Of a DNA stretch of 64,000 bases, positions 46,214 to 58,698 are shown piece by piece. The notes beneath the pieces were generated by a model that saw nothing but the letters and a program-made list of their open reading frames with translations, searched no databases and was not told the origin of the DNA. The DNA comes from Biomphalaria pfeifferi (lineage: Eukaryota): NCBI GenBank assembly GCA_030265305.1, contig JASAOG010000079.1, positions 365,331 through 429,330 of the forward strand, given 5' to 3'. Made by a program: the position numbers and the translations under genes. The stretch's first letter is position 1. Every line of letters starts with the position of its first letter.

Positions 46214-46504
46214 CCTGTAGGGAAATGAATTAGATGGAATAAATAAAAGTGGATTAGAATTGATAAAGTGAAATATGATTAATTTCATGTAGTCGAAATG
46301 TTGGGAAACATAGAATGGATATCAGATAATATAGATTGCTTAAAGAGGAAAGATAAAGGTGTTGAGTTTATGGGGTATAGCGATAGTAATAAATAAATAA
46401 ACATATTGGATAAAAGCCTTTATAAGAGTGAATAGCAGAATGGAATGTGGAATTGATTCTTTGAGGGGATAAAAGTTGGAAATTAGATGCAAATTTATTA
46501 AATA

Positions 46505-46795
46505 TAGAAGGCGCGGTGGCTTGTGGTAAAGCGCTTGGCTTCCGAAACGGGTGTTCCGGGATCGAATTCTTGTGTCTACTGGGATATTTACTTTCGGAAT
46601 CTGTAGGGCGCCTCTGAGTCCACCCTTCTCTAATGGGTACCTGACATTAGTTGGGGAATGGTAAAAGCGTTGGTCGTTGTGCTGACCACATGACACCCTC
46701 GTTAATCGTGGGTCACAGAGTCGGATGACCTTGACATCATCTGCTCCATAGATCACAAGATCTGAAAGAGGATTTATTTTTTTTTTACTTATTGA
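46505..46795 (+). mobile_element. tRNA-derived SINE family A, full-length copy
   Basis: tRNA-like head ggcgcggtggcttgtggtaaagcgcttggcttccgaaac..gggatcgaattc; body ..ctaatgggtacctgac..ggtcgttgtgctgaccacatgacaccctcgttaa..catctgctccatagatcacaagatctgaaag. Confidence 0.75.
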
Positions 46796-46924
46796 ATAGA
46801 AATGTACGTGGTGAATATAGTAGATTATATTTTTAGGACTGGATATAAGGTCGGATAGAGTAATGGCTCTATAGTTTTGTTTTCGTTATGGCAATGTGTT
46901 TAGGAGTTTGATTTTGTTTTTTTT

Positions 46925-47100
46925 TAATGTTTCGGATGTTTCTTCAGAGTTAAAGATAACCTACTTCCTAGTCCAAACCTCCCGCAGGACGACGGGGGAT
47001 GACAGCGGGCAGGGACCAGGTTATGAACCCGAGACCACCAAGACAACCGAACGACAGTCCATCGGGCATACCGCACGACCAGGCAGCCATCCAAGATTTC
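46925..47100 (-). mobile_element. SINE family B copy (minus)
   Basis: Reverse complement of tgtttcggatgtttcttcagagttaaagataacctacttcctagtccaaacctcccgcaggacgacggggga..ggttatgaacccgag... Confidence 0.65.
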
Positions 47101-47596
47101 CTTCTAGCCCTTATGACTCAGAATGGTTTACTTTATTCTGTGTTGGATTACCTTATAGCATTTTGACGTCTCATTGCTACAATGCGTCCAGCTGTCAATC
47201 TTGATGTTGTCCAGTTCTAACAGTGTGATATTACAAGACACAGAAAAAGGCTGGTACACGGCTCCCAGGAAAGTCTGAACAGTGCATAGGGCACCAGCCC
47301 TGCAAGTCAGGTATGGGCCTAGCAGTTGAGACTGACTCATTGGAGAAGGCTGCACTGAAGATTTAAGTACGACCATTTAGGTTTTATTAAAAAATGGAAG
47401 AGCAGAGCTGTTAAGTAAACCTTTAGAATTACGTAAGAAATGTGTGTTTTTGTTAGCTCAAAGTCTACTACAGTAAATGTGTATGTGTGTGTAAAGTGTC
47501 GAATGTGTTGAAAAACATCTCTCTAATTTATAATGTAATGACGTTTCTGTCATGTTGCGATGGTAATCTTAATAATCCAGACGACATGTTATTTAC

Positions 47597-49054
47597 TAGG
47601 GGTGCACCGGATAGTACTTTTTAATATTCGACCGGAGCCAAATATTGAATAGTAAAATTTGATATTCGGAAGCCGGAGCCGAATACTTACATGTCTTGAA
47701 AATAACTTGTGTTATTGAACATTTTGCAAAACTGTTAAATAACATACCTATATTCGTGTTTTTTTTTCCTTTTATATACCTTATTGTTTCAAACTCTGTT
47801 ACTCATTGTTGAATTAATGCTCAGCAGTATTTATAAACAGATAGGTCTAATTAACTAATCTGTGTAGCATGAGTGTGTGTTTATGTACGAGGCCACCAAC
47901 TGTAAAAGGTGTGTGGGGAAAGATCAATATGTAGTGTAATGGATACTTTTTTAGGCCACACCAGCCACCCAGATCTCCACGTGACCCTTCCCCCTTGTGT
48001 CCGCGTAAAGGCAGAACAACTTGGGCACTGTCCATTCTACCGGCATCTCTTGTCACTGTAGTGTCCGTATGTTACTGGACCTACGTCGTCTCCACTCCCT
48101 TTTGTGCCTGGTTCTACACCATGTGTTTACGTAAGGCTGCAGGTCATCACATTTTACTTATTTATATTAGATTGTAATTTTATTTAGTATTCTATATAGA
48201 ATGTTCACTGTCCATCTTGTAAATGTATTTTTACATCAAGTGTTTAGATACTGGCTTTTAAGAAACAGTATATTTGTGAGTGTATAGATTTGTTATATTT
48301 AATTGTAGTTTTTGTCAGGGAAAGGAAAGAGCGAAACTCTTCAAACAATGTGTATATATATATGTTAGTGTTATGTAGCACAACTAGTTGATTTATTTTT
48401 AAAGAACTACGTTGTCATTTATTTTTATACTGTTTGTTGGTGTTCCATATCTCTCATGTGTGTTTGTAAAAGAGATGATTGGGTCACACCATAAGACGTT
48501 CTTGTTGTTTATCGTTAGATCTAGTATTCAGGCCTATTAATTATGTTTAGTTTATGTTCATTTGTAATTATGTGTTTATGTTTGCCTTTGGCAGGTCTTT
48601 AATGTATAATAAACAGTTTGGAATCGTCCTACGAGTTGCCTTCGTCATGTCATTTAGTTTGTTCTGTGCCAAACCCACCACGAATATAAAATATGTAACT
48701 ATATATTTTACTAGTTACTAATGTAAATCTCTTAAAAGTTTGTTTGACGACATTCGACTGTTCCTTTCATAAATTATTAAACTTCTTGTTCGACATCGTT
48801 TAGCCGCGTCGACTAGCCTTTTATGGTTGGCCTTTCGCCTGCAATGTTTCGGTATTTAAATGTTACCTCCATTTGACATCTGAAAAAGAGGAGGCTCCTA
48901 ACAATATTAATAGAAATATAGGTACTACGGTGTAGTTTTTACTATCCGGCTGAGTATTCGGCAGCGATATTCGGCCGAAGCCGATTATCGCCGAATAGTG
49001 AAAAATTGCCGAATATTCGGCCGAAGCCGGTGCGACTATCCGGTGCACCCCCTA
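47597..49054. mobile_element. Non-autonomous hAT-like DNA transposon (1458 bp) with 8-bp TSD
   Basis: TIRs TAGGGGTGCACCGGATAGT (left) and TAGGGGGTGCACCGGATAGT (right, reverse complement). Subterminal ccggagccgaata / attcggccgaagccg repeats. Exact 8-bp direct repeat TTATTTAC at 47589-47596 and 49055-49062. No transposase ORF. Confidence 0.75.
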
Positions 49055-50499
49055 TTATTTACATTATTTGTCCATTATGTTTTCTTCAGCAACATGATAA
49101 TAATTGAAAGGATACCGCATGGTGTCACGCATATAACCCGCGGGTTATACAAGTTATATAAAAACGAATGGGACCTGTGAGGGTATACAATGGTGCGGAG
49201 GTTTACACTTTTTTACTCATAAACATAGCATAACGGAAACTAAGGACATACCTGTGGGTGTATATACCTCCTACAGTTCGCTGTGTGGTTGTGAAATGTA
49301 CATAGGAAGGCTTTATGAACATCTCATTTTAAGCCTCAACAAAACAAATTGTACCGACGCGGCAGAGAATCTCTTATATACATGTGATCAATCGTAACAA
49401 GTAAGTAAGCAACTCAACTCATTTGCCGATACCGGAAATAAAGGCTCTTATTTCACACGCGTAGCACTCAATGCATCACTTGTTGGAACATCCACTGGAG
49501 CATGATCGCGTCTCGAGGGACAGACGTCTGATGAGCAACAATTTAATGTACCGGTAGTCTACTGCAAATCACGCTTTGCATATGCGGGGTATTTAAGGGT
49601 GCGGGTTGAATGATTTTTTAAAAAATAATTATTTTGTAATTTGTCAGGGGTATACGCGTATGTGGGTAATACGCATAAGCGGGATATATGCGCGAAAATA
49701 CGGTTTATATTATTATCACATCCGTCCATTACAACTAACACACCAGCAATCATCAACTAACAAACTTAGCTAAAACATGTAATGCTGTCCAGTGCTGTAT
49801 TTACAGCCTCTATGAAAATGTAATTCTTTCTAAATGAAATAACCGTTTGATATAAATAAAGCCTTTTCCATCAGTATTTTGTTTGCCTAATTAGAGGAAA
49901 AAGACATAAACTGTTTACCTTTAGAGCAGTCCAGGCAGAAGTTACCGTTCTTTGACATTCCCCAAGAGCGCGAGGCATCACGACAACACGACTCGGCGTC
50001 TACGAAAGATTCATTGAGTACTAACTTGCTTCGGCAATGTTTTTTGGCATAGCAGAACTGGTTGCGTTCCTTTCCTGGTGCTGACCCGTCATATAATACA
50101 ACAAGTAAATAAAAAAAAGGGGCTCAACTAAGGGGCAGAACTCAAAATTTACAATGCATAACTAAATACTAAAAGATTTATTTCTCTTTTCGTTATCAAA
50201 CAAAACTAATTAATCACAACTGTTTAATTAACTAATTGTTTTTTTTAATTGATTCATTTTTTTAGTTATAATGAATAGATAATTGTGGAAAGTTTCAACT
50301 TGATCCGAGAATGGGAAGTGGGAGAAATGACGTGCTCAAAGTGTGTACCAGAGTTGATGTAAAAGACAGCAGGCAATTAGCGAACTCACCATTAACATTG
50401 ACTATTATCAGTGTTAGCACTTAGTATCAAGTAACTATGATGATGTTATTCATTGATCATTAAATATCAAACTGATTTGTAATATCGTACTTATAGTTT

Positions 50500-50730
50500 T
50501 CCTTTCAGACCTAACGAGCTATAGGGCAGATGATGTAAAGGTCATCTGTCTATGTGGTCCACTGTTAACGAGGGTGTCATGTGCCCATTAGTGCTAGGTG
50601 GATTCAAAGGCGCCCTAAAGATGCCGAAAAAAAAAATCCCAGTCTTCACCAGGATTCGAACCCTGGACACACACATCCACGGATCGGAAGCCAAGCACTT
50701 TACTATTAGCCACCCCGCCTCCGATAGCTA
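50500..50730 (-). mobile_element. SINE family A copy (minus)
   Basis: Reverse complement gives head ggaggcggggtggctaatagtaaagtgcttggcttccgatcc..ggttcgaatcc and the conserved body. Confidence 0.75.
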
Positions 50731-50958
50731 CTCAAAATTAGACTCTCAGGGTCTACAAAAAAAAAAAAAAAACAAGACATTTTAATGATGTGAAAGAGAG
50801 GGGGCATCGAAGTAAAGGTCCAACATTTTGTCATGGGAACGCTTAATTTAGCTCATGTCAATATCGCGTTGTTACCTTTGGTCAGTAAACAAATAGATCT
50901 TTAAAAAAAAATGGATTCAATATAATAAAAGTGGAACAATCTGAGGTCAATAACTCAC

Positions 50959-51014
50959 CTTTTTCACAGTTGACCCCTGTGTATCCTGGACAACAGACTT
51001 CAATTGTTATGTTT
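50959..51014 (-). CDS. candidate short exon encoding an EGF-like C-terminal half (CCPGYTGVNCEK)
   Basis: Acceptor ccacag and donor gtgagt. The CxCxxGYxGxxCE motif is present. Very short; may belong to the same or a neighbouring gene. Confidence 0.25.
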
Positions 51015-52789
51015 CTGTGGACATTCGTATCTAACGATCATTTGTATGAAACGAATAGGTAAAGGTCAAGTACTACAACTGTATTATATGTGCATACCTA
51101 GGACGAAGCAGGACGTTTTGGCCCCACCGTTTTGGCGCGAAGATCGTTTTGGCGCGAGCCGTTTTGGCGACGGGACGTTTTGGCGCGAGATACATTATGT
51201 ACGTTTATTGTATTATTTCTTTTAATTTTCTTTAATAAACATTTTGGCTTGTGTATGTGTGTTTATTAATAGGCACACTTTTATTTTCAAAAAAGTTTTT
51301 TAAGATATTACTTCAAAATTAAAAACAAAATGAAACGATGATAGACTAAAAATTGATGCAATTATTTGTTTACATTAACATTGGTTTACTTAATGACTGT
51401 ATGGTATCTCCAGCTATACATACCAAACACTTGCTAATAATAAGTAAAAATATATTACATGTACCATGTTTCTCAAAAGACTTTAAGTTAAGTATACATA
51501 TACACCATGGTTATTTGCCTAAGTCGCTGGAATTCAAGGGTTCATTAAAAAAAGCTACGTGCTTATTAAATTATCGTCAAATGATATCTCGCGCCAAAAC
51601 GTCCCGTCGACAAAACGGCGGGGCCAAAACGTCACGCACCGTACCTAGGAATAGGTCTTTATTTACCTATCTCTTTCATTGTGCCTAATTGATTTGAAGC
51701 TAATATAAAACTTCATATTTCCAAAGAAAATCTCCAAGCTCTGCTTTAGTCTATTGAAATTTTACCATAGAAGTGCACATCTGAAGAGTTACTTTGCAGA
51801 GATTTCAGTCTCAAGAAAGAGATGAACTTTACATCATCTATAGACCATAAAGTCTGAAAGGGGTACTTTACTATTTTTTTTTACAGTCTGAAGGCTATTA
51901 TCTGACAGAAAGATTTCCAGTCCTCAGATGACCATCAAAACAAAAGTTTTATTTTTAGAAACCCATCTGTCTCTTGACTGTGGGTTCTGTGACAGTTTGC
52001 TTAACTAAATCCGATCACTTTTGCCGCTCAGCAGCTGTTCTTTGCAGAATATCAAGAGAGGGGACGGTCCATTCTTTCACATTGTCCAGTCACCTTTTCT
52101 TGGGACACCTTTTCTTTGTGCTACCTCCATTGTACCTTGGAGGATGAATTATGATAGTGAGTCATGTCTAACAATATTACCAAGCTAATTTTTCGCCTTT
52201 TCACAGTATTGAGGAGTTCCTCCTTTTTGCCAGCCTGAGTAAGAGTACAAATTTATTTGTCTTCTTATCCTGATATCCGATACCCAGCAATTTTCTTTAG
52301 CTTTGTTCTCAAAGGCTTGTATTCTCTTTTCAGACTCCACGATCAATTTCCAACTTTTTCAACCACAAAGGAGTACAAGAAACCTAACGAAGAATTCAGT
52401 TTTAATCTAACTTGGAATCTGATGTTATATTCTCAAATTCTCCATTATTTGCCCATGACGCCAAACTACAAGAAAGTGAAAGTCTTGAATTCTATTTATT
52501 TTATTGACTGCGTCTTTCTTCTAAACGAACATGATGTGATAAATGTGAAGTGAATGAGTCTCAATCTAATTTCTTTCCTTCATGAAGGCTTTAAATAAGG
52601 TCATGTAGTAGTAATTAACATGAATACACTTAAAATGATTATCAATAAGGTGAATCTCTCAAGCTAATTCGGAAGTATTTTGAGAACCACTGCATGTTAG
52701 ACATGTTTTTTTTTTCATTGATAAACCTCTCAATCCAATTACTTGCCCCCCCCCCAAAAAAAAAACCCAGCAACAACACACTATGTTAA

Positions 52790-53060
52790 TAACTTACTTG
52801 TAAATAACACACTTACTTATAAGTAACACACGATCAAACTACACACTTACTTGCAAATAACACACTTACATGTAAATAACACATGATCAAACTACACACT
52901 TACTTGTAAATAACACATGATCAAACTACACACTTACTTGCAAATAAAACAAGATCAAACTACACACCTCCTTGTAAATAATACACAATCAAATAACACA
53001 CTTACTTGTAAATAACACACTTACTTGTAAATAACACACTTACTTGTAAATGACACACTC
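52790..53060. repeat. Imperfect tandem repeat (acttacttgtaaataacacatgatcaaactacacac)n
   Basis: Directly visible, ~6-7 units. Confidence 0.8.
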
Positions 53061-53404
53061 GCCTAGAAATCCATTGAAAATTCGAGACATTGTTTTGTCC
53101 TCGTCATGTCTCCAGTTGTTTCTATTCTCAGTCTCTCGAACATCTAGTGTGAAGGACTCTAGCACAATATCTTTAACAGCTTGATGACACTCCACTGTTT
53201 TGGACATTATGTGACTTGTCGGAGTCTTGCAGCGTCTTGCAAGAAATACAGAGTGGTCAGTCCAAAAAGTTTAGAAATAAACACAATCCTCTGAACTGAG
53301 TTTTGTATAACTTTAAAGTGGCATTAAACAATACAAATAGAACAAGCTAGCGCTTATGTCGAGTGTGAGAAATAGAAACTTTTAGGATGACAAATTAGAA
53401 GATT

Positions 53405-53585
53405 TATGGCTGCTTGGTCGTGCGGAATATGCGCTGGACTATCGTTCGGTCGTCTAGAATCTAGATGGTCCAGAGGTTTTACCCTGACCACTGCCCTCCC
53501 ACGTCGTTCTGCGGGAGGTTCGGTCTAGGAAGTAGATTATCTTCAGGCCTGAAGGAACATCCAAAACGTATAAAGCATTACAAAA
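53405..53585 (+). mobile_element. SINE family B copy abutting the 25-bp satellite
   Basis: ggctgcttggtcgtgcggaatatgcgctggactatcgttcggtcgtctagaatctagatggtccagaggttttaccctgaccactgccctcccacgtcgttctgcgggaggttcggtctaggaagtagattatcttcaggcctgaaggaacatccaaaacg. Confidence 0.65.
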
Positions 53586-53587
53586 CG

Positions 53588-56500
53588 AATGGCTTCTTTG
53601 TATAGTCACTAATAGGCTTCTTTGTATAGTCACTATAATGGCTTCTTTGTATAGTCACTATAATGGCTTCTTTGTAAAGTCACTATAATGGCTTCTTTGT
53701 ATAGTCACTATAATGGCTTCTTTGTATAGTCACTATAATGGCTTCTTTGTATAGTCACTATAATGGCTTCTTTGTAAAGTCACTATAATGGCTTCTTTGT
53801 ATAGTCACTATAATGGCTTCTTTGTAAAGTCACTATAATGGCTTCTTTGTAAAGTCACTATAATGGCTTCTTTGTATAGTCACTATAATGGCTTCTTTGT
53901 AAAGTCACTATAATGGCTTCTTTGTAAAGTCACTATAATGGCTTCTTTGTATAGTCACTATAATGGCTTCTTTGTAAAGTCACTATAATGGCTTCTTTGT
54001 AAAGTCACTATAATGGCTTCTTTGTATAGTCACTATAATGGCTTCTTTGTATAGTCACTATAATGGCTTCTTTGTATAGTCACTATAATGGCTTCTTTGT
54101 AAAGTCACTATAATGGCTTCTTTGTAAAGTCACTATAATGGCTTCTTTGTATAGTCACTATAATGGCTTCTTTGTAAAGTCACTATAATGGCTTCTTTGT
54201 AAAGTCACTATAATGGCTTCTTTGTATAGTCACTATAATGGCTTCTTTGTAAAGTCACTATAATGGCTTCTTTGTATAGTCACTATAATGGCTTCTTTGT
54301 ATAGTCACTATAATGGCTTCTTTGTATAGTCACTATAATGGCTTCTTTGTAAAGTCACTATAATGGCTTCTTTGTATAGTCACTATAATGGCTTCTTTGT
54401 AAAGTCACTATAATGGCTTCTTTGTATAGTCACTATAATGGCTTCTTTGTATAGTCACTATAATGGCTTCTTTGTAAAGTCACTATAATGGCTTCTTTGT
54501 AAAGTCACTATAATGGCTTCTTTGTATAGTCACTATAATGGCTTCTTTGTAAAGTCACTATAGTGGCTTCTTTGTATAGTTACTATAATGGCTTCTTTGT
54601 AAAGTCATAATAATGGCTTCTTTGTAAAGTCACTATAATGGCTTCTTTGTATAGTCACTATAATGGCTTCTTTGTATAGTCACTATATATAGTCACTATA
54701 ATGGCTTCTTTGTATAGTCACTATAATGGCTTCTTTGTATAGTCACTATAATGGCTTCTTTGTATAGTCACTTTAATGGCTTCTTTGTATAGTCACTATA
54801 ATGGCTTCTTTGTATAGTCACTATAATGGCTTCTTTGTATAGTCACTATAATGGCTTCTTTGTATAGTCACTATTGTGGCTTCTTTGTATAGTCACTATA
54901 ATAGCTTCTTTTTGTAGTCACTATAATAGCTTGTATAGTCACTATAATGGCTTCTTTGTATAGTCACTATAATGGCTTCTTTGTAAAGTCACTATAATGG
55001 CTTCTTTGTATAGTCACTATAATGGCTTCTTTGTATAGTCACTATAATGGCTTCTTTGTATAGTCACTATAATGGCTTCTTTGTATAGTCACTATAATGG
55101 CTTCTTTGTATAGTCACTATAATGGCTTGTATAGTCACTATAATGGCTTCTTTGTATAGTCACTATTGTGGCTTCTTTGTAAAGTCACTAAATGGCTTCT
55201 TTGTATAGTCACTATAATGGCTTGTATAGTCACTATAATGGCTTCTTTGTATAGTCACTATAATAGCTTCTTTGTATAGTCACTATAATGGCTTGTATAG
55301 TCACTATAATGGCTTCTTTGTATAGTCACTATAATAGCTTCTTTGTATAGTCACTATAATGGCTTGTATAGTCACTATAATGGCTTCTTTGTATAGTCAC
55401 TATAATGGCTTCTTTGTATAGTCACTATAATGGCTTCTTTGTATAGTCACTATAATGGCTTCTTTGTATAGTCACTATAATGGCTTCTTTGTAAAGTCAC
55501 TATAATGGCTTCTTTGTAAAGTCACTATAATGGCTTCTTTGTATAGTCACTATAATGGCTTCTTTGTATAGTCACTATAATGGCTTCTTTGTATAGTCAC
55601 TAAATGGCTTCTTTGTATAGTCACTATAATGGCTTCTTTGTATAGTCACTATAATGGCTTCTTTGTAAAGTCACTATAATGGCTTCTTTGTAAAGTCACT
55701 ATAATGGCTTCTTTGTATAGTCACTTTAATGGCTTCTTTGTATAGTCACTATAATGGCTTCTTTGTATAGTCACTATAATGGCTTCTTTGTATAGTCACT
55801 ATAATGGCTTCTTTGTATAGTCACTATAATGGCTTCTTTGTATAGTCACTATAATGGCTTCTTTGTATAGTCACTATAATGGCTTCTTTGTATAGTCACT
55901 ATAATGGCTTCTTTGTATAGTCACTATAATGTCTTCTTTGTATAGTCACTATAATGGCTTCTTTGTATAGTCACTATAATGGCTTCTTTGTATAGTCACT
56001 ATAATGGCTTCTTTGTATAGTCACTATATATAGTCACTATAATGGCTTCTTTGTATAGTCACTATAATGGCTTCTTTGTATAGTCACTATAATGGCTTCT
56101 TTGTATAGTCACTATAATGGCTTCTTTGTATAGTCACTATAATGGCTTCTTTGTATAGTCACTATAATGGCTTCTTTGTATAGTCACTATAATGGCTTCT
56201 TTGTATAGTCACTATAATGGCTTCTTTGTATAGTCACTATAATGGCTTCTTTGTATAGTCACTATAATGGCTTCTTTGTATAGTCACTATATATAGTCAC
56301 TATAATGGCTTCTTTGTATAGTCACTATAATGGCTTCTTTGTATAGTCACTATAATGGCTTCTTTGTATAGTCACTATAATGGCTTCTTTGTATAGTCAC
56401 TATAATGGCTTCTTTGTATAGTCACTATAATGGCTTCTTTGTATAGTCACTTTAATGGCTTCTTTGTATAGTCACTATAATGGCTTCTTTGTATAGTCAC

Positions 56501-57662
56501 TATAATGGCTTCTTTGTATAGTCACTATAATGGCTTCTTTGTATAGTCACTATTGTGGCTTCTTTGTATAGTCACTATAATAGCTTCTTTTTGTAGTCAC
56601 TATAATAGCTTGTATAGTCACTATAATGGCTTCTTTGTATAGTCACTATAATGGCTTCTTTGTAAAGTCACTATAATGGCTTCTTTGTATAGTCACTATA
56701 ATGGCTTCTTTGTATAGTCACTATAATGGCTTCTTTGTATAGTCACTATAATGGCTTCTTTGTATAGTCACTATAATGGCTTCTTTGTATAGTCACTATA
56801 ATGGCTTGTATAGTCACTATAATGGCTTCTTTGTATAGTCACTATTGTGGCTTCTTTGTATAGTCACTAAATGGCTTCTTTGTATAGTCACTATAATGGC
56901 TTGTATAGTCACTATAATGGCTTCTTTGTATAGTCACTATAATAGCTTCTTTGTATAGTCACTATAATGGCTTGTATAGTCACTATAATGGCTTCTTTGT
57001 ATAGTCACTATAATAGCTTCTTTGTATAGTCACTATAATGGCTTGTATAGTCACTATAATGGCTTCTTTGTATAGTCACTATAAAGGCTTCTTTGTATAG
57101 TCACTATAATAGCTTCTTTTTATAGTCACTATAATTGCTTCTTTGTATAGTCACTATTGTGGCTTCTTTGTATAGTCACTATAATGGCTTGTATAGTCAC
57201 TATAATGGCTTCTTTGTATAGTCACTATAATAGCTTCTTTGTATAGTCACTATAATGGCTTGTATAGTCACTATAATGGCTTCTTTGTATAGTCACTATA
57301 ATAGCTTCTTTGTATAGTCACTATAATGGCTTGTATAGTCACTATAATGGCTTCTTTGTATAGTCACTATAAAGGCTTCTTTGTATAGTCACTATAATAG
57401 CTTCTTTTTATAGTCACTATAATTGCTTCTTTGTATAGTCACTATTGTGGCTTCTTTGTATAGTCACTTAATGGCTTGTATAGTCACTATAATGGCTTCT
57501 TTGTAAAGTCACTATAATGGCTTCTTTGTAAAGTCACTATAATGGCTTCTTTGTATAGTCACTATAATTGCTTCTTTGTATAGTCACTATTGTGGCTTCT
57601 TTGTATAGTCACTTAATGGCTTGTATAGTCACTATAATGGCTTCTTTGTATAGTCACTATAA
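53588..57662. repeat. 25-bp satellite (ggcttctttgtatagtcactataat)n, ~160 copies, with variant units and higher-order blocks
   Basis: Directly visible. Variants include gtaaagt vs gtatagt, 18-bp short units (ggcttgtatagtcac), and cactattgtgg / cactatatatag units that recur in the same order in two ~1-kb blocks. Confidence 0.95.
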
Positions 57663-57769
57663 TGGTATCGGCTTAGGAACAACTCATTGCGATTTTCTAT
57701 CGACTCTAAAGAGATGCAGGCTAGGTCGTAGCAATCTTTCAAATGAATGATTTATTTAGCGTCTCTTTT

Positions 57770-57935
57770 TGGTTCACCCACCTCTAATGGGTACCTGACT
57801 TTAGTTGGGGAAAGTAAAGGCGGTTGGTCGTTGTGCTGGCCACATAACACCCTGCTTGTTGACCGTTGGCTTAAGAAACAGATGACTTTAACATAATCTG
57901 CCCCATAGATCGCAAGGTCTGAAGGGGACACTTTA
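57770..57935 (+). mobile_element. SINE family A, 5'-truncated copy abutting the 25-bp satellite
   Basis: cacccacctctaatgggtacctgactttagttgggg..ggtcgttgtgctggccacataacaccctgcttgttg..atctgccccatagatcgcaaggtctgaagggg. Confidence 0.7.
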
Positions 57936-58698
57936 CTTTACTTTACTTTTGGTTTACAATACAGTAACTCTGCACGGTCTGAAAGCATCGTGTGTCGTGG
58001 CTTTTTGTTTAAATTCAATTTTTTCTAGTTAATAATAGTTTGACTTTCAAAGAATTCGCACTATAGAATCATAAGTTATTTCTGTATAAGATAATAACTG
58101 TGAAAACATGTAATTCTACTTAAAAGTATAATATTAGAGTTTATTTTTTTGTCAAATGTAATATATACGATAAGATAAGACGATAAGATAACACTAACAC
58201 CATCTATGCACACATTTGAGTGTATCTCTCATCTGACTAGAAACTTTAGTCTACACTGTAGTTGTAGAGTAATTTTTATGCTTTTCCTTCTGTCTTTTCT
58301 TCTGTTCCTGCCTGTAATGAAGTGATAACGACTAGACTACCAATACCATGGCTTTATTCGACAAAATCAGACTACAGTAAACAGTGAATGAAACCAGCAC
58401 GTCTCGCATAACACTGATGCAGTACTCTACACACACACACACACTGGACATGAAACAAACACTGGGCATGACCTTCTGACACGCTGGACGCAAGCAGAAA
58501 ATCAACTCAGTTACACTACAATGTATTTAGGGATAGGATACTTTCCTACATTCCAACATCACCTCTACCTCTGTAAAAGTATAGGCCCACCACAAGGATC
58601 AACCCCCTCGCCGTGCACATGCTGCATCGGTAAGCCATCTGTCCGATACCACATTCTCTGTTTCATCTGTGAAGATGAACTACCTGTTACTTCCCCCG

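Noticed and set aside
53588-57662. Possible CRISPR array (regular short repeats)
   Set aside because: Repeats are contiguous with no unique spacers, and the context is eukaryotic with introns, LINEs and SINEs. This is a satellite, not CRISPR.
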